Below, piece by piece: positions 56,501-64,000 of a stretch of 64,000 nucleotides of DNA (positions are counted from its first letter, which is position 1; every line of letters begins with the position of its first letter). Both the position numbers and the translations under genes were made by a program. The stretch comes from Macrostomum hystrix (lineage: Eukaryota; Animalia; Platyhelminthes). The notes below the pieces were generated by a model. That model was not told where the DNA came from and made no database searches. It was given only the letters and a program-made list of their open reading frames with translations. The stretch spans positions 1,984,001-2,048,000 of the forward strand of contig CATNEN010000008.1 in the NCBI GenBank assembly GCA_950097015.1, in the 5' to 3' direction.

Positions 56501-59121
56501 GTTTTTCAAGGTCACTTTAATGACCATTCATTCGCCTTTTTTAAATTCATTATAATTACAATTGATTGGCATTCTTCAAGGTCATTCTGTTGATCATTAG
56601 CCTTCTTCGTGGTCATTCTAATAACCATTTATTAGCATTCTTCAAGGTCACTCTAATGACCATTCATTGCATTCTTCAAGGTCATTCTGTTGATCATTTG
56701 CTGTCTTCGTGGTCATTCTAATAACCATTCATTAGCATTCTTATAGGTCATACTATTGACCATTCGTTTGCCTTTTTTCTAGTCATTTTTAATAAAAACT
56801 CATTAGCCTTCGTTTCCAGGTCATTCTGATGATCATTCGTTCGCTTTTTTTATCAAGGTGATGAAAATGAACAATAATTATATAGTCTTATTCGATGTCA
56901 TTTAAAATTAAAATTATGTTTTCCATTTAATTTTCTACTCGTATGTCATTCAACTTAGCTTTTTTGTACTTTGTTACTAGGAGATTTCATGTCTTTACGA
57001 TTTTCTGCTATATGTACGGATGAACATTTATAGGGCCTGTTTAGGGCGAAAGCTGTGAATATCGATCAGTTGGTGTCTGATGAGGAAACATCACATGCTG
57101 AGTGATGATGTGACTGTCGCTACCACCACAGAAAGCCACTTGTTTAGTTAGCCTAAGGCATTTAATGCCACCAATTTTGAGTAGTGTAACAGTTTTTCCT
57201 GAGTAGCAGACTTGACAATTCCAGTTATCCCTAACTCAGCGCTCCCCCCACGCCTACAAAACGATTGTGGATGAGTAATTGCAGCTCATGAATTTGCATC
57301 CGTCAGTCAGTCAGGGTAACAATTTCAGCCAGACAATTTATGCATTTTTCTCGGCGAGTAAAACTACTAAATGTATTTATGGCTGCAAGTCTACTAGCGA
57401 TGCGAGACATATCATGCTTGCATGACCTGCCTGTGTGATGTAACCGTGTCAATTTCCGACATTTCGGCGATGCCAACGATTTCAAAATATCGCATTTTGC
57501 GTCACTCTGCATAGTTTCAGTTCAGAAAAATATGTGAAATCCTTATAACGCAGTCATTATATGACCATAGAGCAGCCACTTATATGACCATAGAGCGGCT
57601 ACTTATATGACCATATAGCGGCTACTTATATGACCATAGAGCGGCTACTTATATGACCATAGAGCAGCCACTTATATGACCATAGAGCGGCTACTTATAT
57701 GACCATATAGCGGCTACTTATATGACCATAGAGCGGCTACTTATATGACCATAGAGCGGCTACTTATATGACCATAGAGCGGCTACTTATATGACCATAG
57801 AGCGGCTACTTATATGACCATAGAGCGGCTACTTATATGACCATAGAGCGGCTACTTATATGACCATATAGCGGCTACTTATATGACCATAGAGCGGCTA
57901 CTTATATGACCATAGAGCGGCTACTTATATGACCATATAGCGGCTACTTATATGACCATAGAGCAGCCACTTATATGACCATAGAGCGGCTACTTATATG
58001 ACCATATAGCGGCTACTTATATGACCATAGAGCGGCTACTTATATGACCATAGAGCGGCTACTTATATGACCATAGAGCGGCTACTTATATGACCATATA
58101 GCGGCTACTTATATGACCATAGAGCGGCTACTTATATGACCATAGAGCGGCTACTTATATGACCATATAGCGGCTACTTATATGACCATATAGCGGCTAC
58201 TTATATGACCATATAGCAGCTACTTATATGACCATAGCAGCTACTTATATGACCATATAACAGCTCATTATATGACCATATAGCAGCTCATTATATGACC
58301 ATATAGCAGCTCATATGATATGTAATGATCATATAATGAGCTGCTGTATGGTCATATAAAATAATCAGTATCTAGTGCGAGACAAAAGTATCTCGCCTAT
58401 CGATTAGCTTATTTGCTATCATATCTTGCTTTCAGCAATACTAGCCGCAACAAACAAAACTTGTTTTGGTTCAAGCCTATATAGAGGAACACTGACCTAA
58501 GCTTTGATTCTAGTCTATTCTATTCATACTATTGATATATTTGCCATCACGCACAGCACACAGACTTGGTCTCCAAAGACTTTCAAAACTGTGCGCACAG
58601 GGCAGTCCAGTTTCACACAACTATAGCCAGCTGCTGAAACTTATAGTTTCGGAATGGTGAGGCATAGTGAGAGGTTGGAGGAAGGGTTGGCTGTGCCAAA
58701 AATGAGTCATGCTGCAGTATGGATGGGAAGGGACGCTTTTTTGGATGGGAGAAAACGGACTTTGAAGTCGATAATCTATTTAGATAGGAAGTTATCTAGC
58801 TGGCGCCAGTGCCTTCAGCTTGACATCAGTTTCCATCGTGTGATCTCCATCGTGTGACCTTTCTCTCGCCTCTCTCTTGTCTCTCCAGCTCCTAATAGAG
58901 TATGGTACTGGTGTAAATTGATCCAATTTCTTAATGTAATTGACAGCTCGCGCAGGTTTAACTACATAGGTTACTTATCTATGTATCTATCTGTCTATCT
59001 ATCTATCTGTCTATCTATCTATCTATCTATCTGTCTATCTATCTATCTATCTATCTGTCTATCTATCTATCTATCTATCTGTCTATCTATCTATCTATCT
59101 GTCTATCTATCTATCTATCTG

Positions 59122-59156
<35 letters not shown>

Positions 59157-59165
59157 GTCTATCTG

Positions 59166-59200
<35 letters not shown>

Positions 59201-59225
59201 GTCTATCTATCTATCTATCTATCTG

Positions 59226-59268
<43 letters not shown>

Positions 59269-59277
59269 GTCTATCTG

Positions 59278-59317
<40 letters not shown>

Positions 59318-61442
59318 ATAAAGTTTGCGCCACCCAAATGCACTTTTATTCACACTGCAGATGCATATTCGTGGAAAATTTATAGTCGTAGCACGGCAGT
59401 CCAGAAGATTCTGGCGATAACAAAATGTGGAAGCTATTTCCATATGGCATCGATGGGAGATAAAATAGTTTTTTTAGTTCTGATTCTGCCTTGGTCTGGT
59501 GATAAATTAATTTTTTCAGACACCGCAAGTCGATCGGGCATGGTATACACGTTTTTTCGGATTCGGGATTTTAAAGTTTGGCAAAGTTTGGTTAACTTAC
59601 CTCTAGGGTATTTTTGTCTCTCTTTCAAATATAAAGGGTCTAATTAAAATCCAGGCGCTTACTAGTACAGTATGGAGGGTCCGGGCCTGGAAGCCAGCAG
59701 GATGCGGCCTGATTCCAAGTCCTGTAGAGCTATTATTTAGGCAGATTTTTATCTCTTTTTCTTGCGGTCTTTTTCGCTTTAATTTTCAAAATAAATATCA
59801 CGTGTCTGTGATGCGGGTCAGAAATTATGAATAAGCCTAAGTCTTTGTTGTCCACAAGTCTTTGTAATGCATGCCCCTTTTTGAGTTCGAGTTTTGTATG
59901 AAACTATCAGAATAAAACACACACACACACACACACACACACTGTTCTCAAACCACGGTGTAGTCTTTGTCATTGAGGAGGTTCAATCTCGATGCTTTTA
60001 AATATAGTTTTTAAAAGGTGGAAGTGAAGAAGGTGAGGCAGGGGAAGAAATTTCTAAAAAAATGGTGAAGTTGGAGAGAGATAAGACGGTTGCCAACTAA
60101 TTATTAGGTAACTAAGGATAATGACTGGCTTCCGACCTGCCGCTGTTCGAACCGGTCCGGACCGGACCGTACCCTTCCATTAAGTAGTTTGTGTTCTCCA
60201 TCCTATTATAGAATTTATTCTTCATTTTTTCAAGGAAACAAGCCATTATATGAGGTATTTAGCGATTAGCCCATTAGCCTTAAATTAACAAAATATCTAA
60301 CTTGTTTGTCTGAATGCCGCATATTTCAATTACTTCTCTGAAACATTAGAAAGTAGAGAAATAATGGAAGGAGGGAAGAAAGAAAGAAGGCAGAAAGGAA
60401 AGGAAGAAAGGCAGGAAGGAAGGAAGAAAGAAGGGAAGAAAGAAAGAAAGAAAGGCAGAAGAAAGAGAAGAAAGAAAGAAAGGAAGGAAGAAAGAAGGGA
60501 AGAATGAAAGGAAGAAAGAAAGAAGGGAAGAAAGAAAGAAAGAAGGAAGGAAAGAAAGGCAGAATAAAGAAAGAAAGGAAGAAAGAAAGAAGGGAAGAAT
60601 GAAAGGAAGAAAGAAATAAAGAAAGAAGGGAAGAAAGAAAGAAAGAAGGGAGGAAAGAAAGGCAGAAGAAAGAGAAGAAAGAGAAGAAAGAAAGAAAGGA
60701 AGGAAGAAAGAAAGAAGGGAAGAAAGAAAGAAAGAAGGAAGGAAAGAAAGGCAGAATAAAGAAAGAAAGGAAGAAAGAAAGAAGGGAAGAATGAAAGGAA
60801 GAAAGAAGGGAAGAATGAAAGGAAGAAAGAAAGAAGGGAAGAATGAAAGGAAGAAAGAAAGAAGGGAAGAATGAAAGGAAGAAAGAAATAAAGAAAGAAG
60901 GGAAGAAAGAATTGAAGGAGTGAAGGAAGGAAGAAAGAAATAAAGTCGGGAAGGAATCTCTAAAGCTAACAAAACGAACAATCCGCAGTGTTCTGGACAC
61001 CTCTGACAAGTTCCAAGTGCGGCACTGGCGCATCCAGGGCCACATCCTGGTGTCTGGCATCATGGCCCGCTGTTTCTATACCGGCCGAGTGACGCAGCAC
61101 GACCGCAGTCAGGGCCTGGCCTATGTGGACCTGTGCTCAGGTATCATGCACGGCTACTTCACCTATCAGGGCACAGAGTATGCTATTCTGCCTGTGGTCT
61201 GTCCGCACTGCCTCACCCACAAGCCTTATTTCGTCATGCGCTATGGCCAGGACCCGCGGACCAATCAGAACATCACTAGGGATCCGAATGTGCAAATCTT
61301 TTATACGTCCTTCACTGCTCTGAGCGAGCCGCGCATTGTGCCGGAGGATGTGCTGGACCGGCTGCGGCTGAGCTGGGGACCAGATGATCCGCCGCCGAAG
61401 GATTACAAACTGCGGCTAGGGATCATTGTGGATCAGCAGTTG
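50545..61442 (+). CDS. ADAM/ADAMTS (M12B reprolysin)-type metalloprotease precursor, 5' part (signal peptide, prodomain, start of catalytic domain); continues beyond the window
   Basis: Phase-consistent exons 50545-50653 (signal [18 protein letters not shown]; alternative ATG 50599), 52861-53135, 53559-53647, 60989-61442. Prodomain signature FQLERTN...CFYTGRV...S...[13 protein letters not shown]....YAILP, then [13 protein letters not shown] resembling the first catalytic-domain strand. The HExxH motif is not in the window. Confidence 0.75.
50695..51800. repeat. 29-bp minisatellite (gagtcccggtctttgattagatccctact), ~37 copies
   Basis: Period 29 (50738, 50767 and onward) in intron 1 of the protease gene. 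Confidence 0.97.
52417..52485 (+). mobile_element. Solo 5' end of a hAT-superfamily (Charlie-like) DNA transposon/MITE
   Basis: catgggtcggcaaactccggcccgcgggcc...aaatccggccc matches the hAT terminal motif CAGGGGTCGGCAAACT..CGGCCCGCGGGCC..ATCCGGCCC. No matching 3' end seen. Confidence 0.7.
52505..52790. repeat. 16-bp minisatellite (ctgtctcatctctccc)
   Basis: Same unit as 41957-42637. Confidence 0.93.
53140..53420. repeat. 21-bp grading into 17-bp minisatellite (gtctgtcagttctg...)
   Basis: Starts right after the donor at 53136. Confidence 0.9.
53790..54225. repeat. ~20-bp minisatellite (ccctagaaatccctactat)
   Basis: Degenerate tandem units. Confidence 0.9.
54525..55000. repeat. 21-bp minisatellite (accaaccccaatccatgatct)
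   Basis: Alternating unit variants. Confidence 0.93.
56180..56830. repeat. 35-bp minisatellite (tcaaggtcactttaatgaccattcattagcgtttt) with degenerate flanks
   Basis: Period 35 (56401, 56436 and onward). Confidence 0.9.
57557..58359. repeat. 23-bp minisatellite (atatgaccatagagcggctactt), ~33 copies, ending in an inverted unit
   Basis: Period 23. 58329-58359 is the reverse complement of 58268-58298 with one mismatch. Confidence 0.96.
58975..59316. repeat. (ATCT)n/(GTCT) microsatellite
   Basis: Interrupted tetranucleotide run. Confidence 0.97.
59916..59942. repeat. (CA)n microsatellite
   Basis: About 13 CA units. Confidence 0.9.
60350..60945. repeat. GAAA-rich low-complexity array
   Basis: Pure purine tract with block duplications, ending ~45 bp before the 60989 acceptor. 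Confidence 0.93.
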
Positions 61443-61559
61443 GTGAGCTCAGTTGATGCTTATTGGGATTGGAATTCAATCCTGAAGTTCATGAGTGCTA
61501 GGTCATGTATTAGTATTTAATCCTAAATTATCTGTAATAATTAAAGTATCTCTAATTTA

Positions 61560-62650
61560 TAATGTGGGATTTATCGCAGCGACTTAAAAATATCCCATTT
61601 TCAAAATGTTGGATTTATCGAAGCGACTCAAAAATATCCCAATTTCCAAATGTGGGATTTATTAAAGCGACTCAAAAATATCCCAATTTCCAAATGTGGG
61701 ATTTATTAAAGCGACTAAAAAAATATCCCAATTTCGAAATGTGGGATTTATCGAAGCGACTCAGAAATATCCCAATTTCCAAATGTGGGATTTATTAAAG
61801 CGACTAAAAAAATATCCCAATTTCGAAATGTGGGATTTATCGAAGCGACTCAGAAATATCCCAATTTCCAAATGTGGGATTTATTAAAGTCACTCAAAAA
61901 TATCCTACTTCAAAATGTGGGATTTACCGAAGCGACTCAAAAATATCCTAATTTCGAAATGTGGGATTTATTAAAGCGACTCAAAAATATCCTAACTTCA
62001 AAATATGGGATTTACCGAAGCGACTCAGAAAGATCCCAATTTCAAAATGCGGGATTTATCAAAGCGACTCAAAAATATCCCAATTTCCAAATGTGGGATT
62101 TATTAAAGCGACTCAAAAAATATCCCAATTTCGAAATGTGGGATTTATCGAAGCGACTTAGAAATATCCTAATTTCCAAATGTGGGATTTATTAAAGCGA
62201 CTCAAAAATATCCTAACTTTAAAATGTGGGATTTACCGAAGCGACTCAAAATATCCCAATTTCGAAATGTGGGATTTATTAAAGCGACTCAAAAATATCC
62301 TAACTTTAAAATGTGGGATTTACCGAAGCGACTCAAAATATCCCTATTTCAAACTTTGGGACTTATCAAAGCGACTTAAAAGTATCCCAATTTCGAAATG
62401 TGGGATTTATCGAAGCGACTCAAAAATATCCCAATTTTCAAATGTGGGATTTGTTCGAGCGAGACTGTTAAAACCCAATTTTGAAATATATGATTCTTTG
62501 AAGCGACACTAAAATACCCTCTATTTCAAAATATGGCATTTATCGGAACGACACTAGAATATCCCCAAAATTCTGTTATATCCCAATTTTGAAATGTGAT
62601 ATTTTTCAAAGCGACTCTGAAGTATACCCAATTTCAAAATGCGGGATATA
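61560..62650. repeat. 44/45-bp minisatellite (aatgtgggatttattaaagcgactcaaaaatatcccaatttcca), ~24 copies
   Basis: aagcgactc at 61621, 61665 and onward; source of several spurious ORFs. Confidence 0.95.
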
Positions 62651-63059
62651 CTCGTGCAACTGAGTTATTTGCAGGTACAGGAATTTGTACTTTCTTTTTT
62701 CCTGTTTTTTATGTAGTTTCGGGGATAAACAAACTAGCGCTTTTGCGAAAGTGGGGGGAAATTCAGCCAACTTTTTTGTTAAACAAGTGTTGATTGAAGC
62801 CATGGCTAGCTCGATAGGCAGGCATGCTGTGGTGTGTTTACACACGTGGCGGTGAACTTTTATCTACGAGTACTTATATTCTACATGATGTGCAGCGGTG
62901 AAAATAATTATCTGCAAAAAATCGTTGGACAAAAAATTCGCGAAATTTCAAGTGTGTATCTCACACACGAAATTTTATTCTAAAATCTACGAGTAAAAAG
63001 CTAGTGCAGGTCGGAAACTATGAATACTTTCAGCAGTTCCGCATGTATTGTATTTAGCA

Positions 63060-63371
63060 GAGGTTGTAGCCTAGTGGTTAGGGCGTCGGACTCACGACTT
63101 GAAGGTCGGGGGTTCGATTCCCGACTCCACTGGAACAATTTGTGTCCTTTAGCAAGACACTTAACTCTGCATTGCTTCAGTTCACCCAGCTGTTAAATGG
63201 GTACCAGCATCAGCTGGGATAATTGAAGGTGGGTGTGGCGTCCCCCCAGTCCGTGGACTGAACAGCTGTACGCAGCCTTCAGATGCGCCGCGCATTAGCT
63301 GCGGCTGTGCTGTCGGCTGCACATCTGACCCACTTGGGGCAGGTGTAATCAATTATTATTATTATTATTAT
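63060..63371 (+). mobile_element. SINE family B, full length: tRNA-derived head + CORE-like central domain + (ATT)n tail
   Basis: A box tagcctagtgg and B box ggttcgattcc. CORE-like gtcctttagcaagacacttaac...cccagctgttaaatgggtacc. Perfect 14-bp TSD tattgtatttagca at 63046-63059 and 63372-63385. Confidence 0.92.
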
Positions 63372-63517
63372 TATTGTATTTAGCAATTTTTATTGAGTTA
63401 GTTCGTAACTGCACAATGGTCAGGTCATCTATCCTATCCGAAGGCAAGATTTAGAAATGAAGGTTTGAGTTGACTTCTAGCGAAGCTGTAGCTATGAGCT
63501 TTAATGACACTCCACGA

Positions 63518-63870
63518 AATCATACCGAAGCTAGTGAGGTCAATTGACCCCTCTCTGAAATCATACCGAAGCTAGTGAGGCCAATTGACCCCTCTCTGAA
63601 ATCATACCGAAGCTAGTGAGGTCAATTAACCCCTCTCTGAAATCATACCGAAGCTAGTGAGGTCAATTGACCCCTCTCTGAAATCATACCGAAGCTAGTG
63701 AGGTCAATTGACCCCTCTCTGAAATCATACCGAAGCTAGTGAGGTCAATTGACCCCTCTCTGAAATCATACCGAAGCTAGTGAGGCCAATTGACCCCTCT
63801 CTGAAATCATACCGAAGCTAGTGAGGTCAATTGACCCCTCTCTGAAATCACACCAAAGCTTTGAGGTCGA
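63518..63870. repeat. 41-bp minisatellite (gaaatcataccgaagctagtgaggtcaattgacccctctct), ~8.5 copies
   Basis: Direct tandem units. Confidence 0.95.
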
Positions 63871-64000
63871 TTGACCTCCCTAATGCAGCGGAAGCTAGGG
63901 TGGCTAGTGAGACTTAGTAGGGGTCGCCGAATGTACTTTAAAAAGTGAAAAGTCATGCTAGACCAAGAAAGTGGGCATCGGACCCTCCGCATTTCTTTCC

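Noticed and set aside
57071-57116. Hammerhead-like core CTGATGA-G-GAAA with a 6-bp stem III
   Set aside because: The cleavage triplet would be GUG, stem I has only 2 bp and stem II is absent. At most a dead relic; an Infernal hammerhead search would settle it.
58560-58850. Possible decayed LINE 3' end on the minus strand (WNxLP-like after correcting a stop and a frameshift)
   Set aside because: It needs two corrections to see a 5-residue motif; too weak to call.
60152-60165. Perfect 14-bp palindrome ccggtccggaccgg
   Set aside because: It is isolated and low in complexity (ccgg/accgg iterations), with no associated termini or second copy.
63063-63130. tRNA-like sequence (also at 11486-11553, 19049-19118, 31245-31310)
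   Set aside because: The anticodon and acceptor stems pair poorly and the sequence continues into a SINE body; these are SINE heads, not tRNA genes.

Overview
Eukaryotic (invertebrate metazoan) genomic DNA with GT-AG introns, GC-rich exons and AT-rich or repeat-filled introns. The repeat landscape recalls free-living macrostomid flatworms, but that is inference and the taxon cannot be confirmed from the sequence. Most entries in the ORF track are artefacts of tandem repeats or antisense frames, and the track misses the largest coding exon. By hand I reconstruct nine protein-coding loci: (1) a multi-Tudor protein on the minus strand, one >5.2 kb exon running off the window, whose last ~2.5 kb is a near-perfect 612-bp (204-aa) in-frame tandem array of intact Tudor domains; (2) PANK4, 7 exons; (3) a C2H2 zinc-finger gene; (4) an orphan Q/G/S/M-rich ORF; (5) a 2-exon secreted 8-Cys protein; (6) DPY30; (7) KMO, 9 exons; (8) a 3-exon 410-aa protein of unknown function; (9) the 5' part of an ADAM/reprolysin-type metalloprotease. 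Non-coding DNA holds about 30 mini/microsatellite arrays (roughly a quarter of the window), two tRNA-headed SINE families (several copies with target-site duplications), fossils of a Penelope-like and a LINE reverse transcriptase, and a solo hAT transposon end. I found no CRISPR, rRNA or bona fide tRNA gene.
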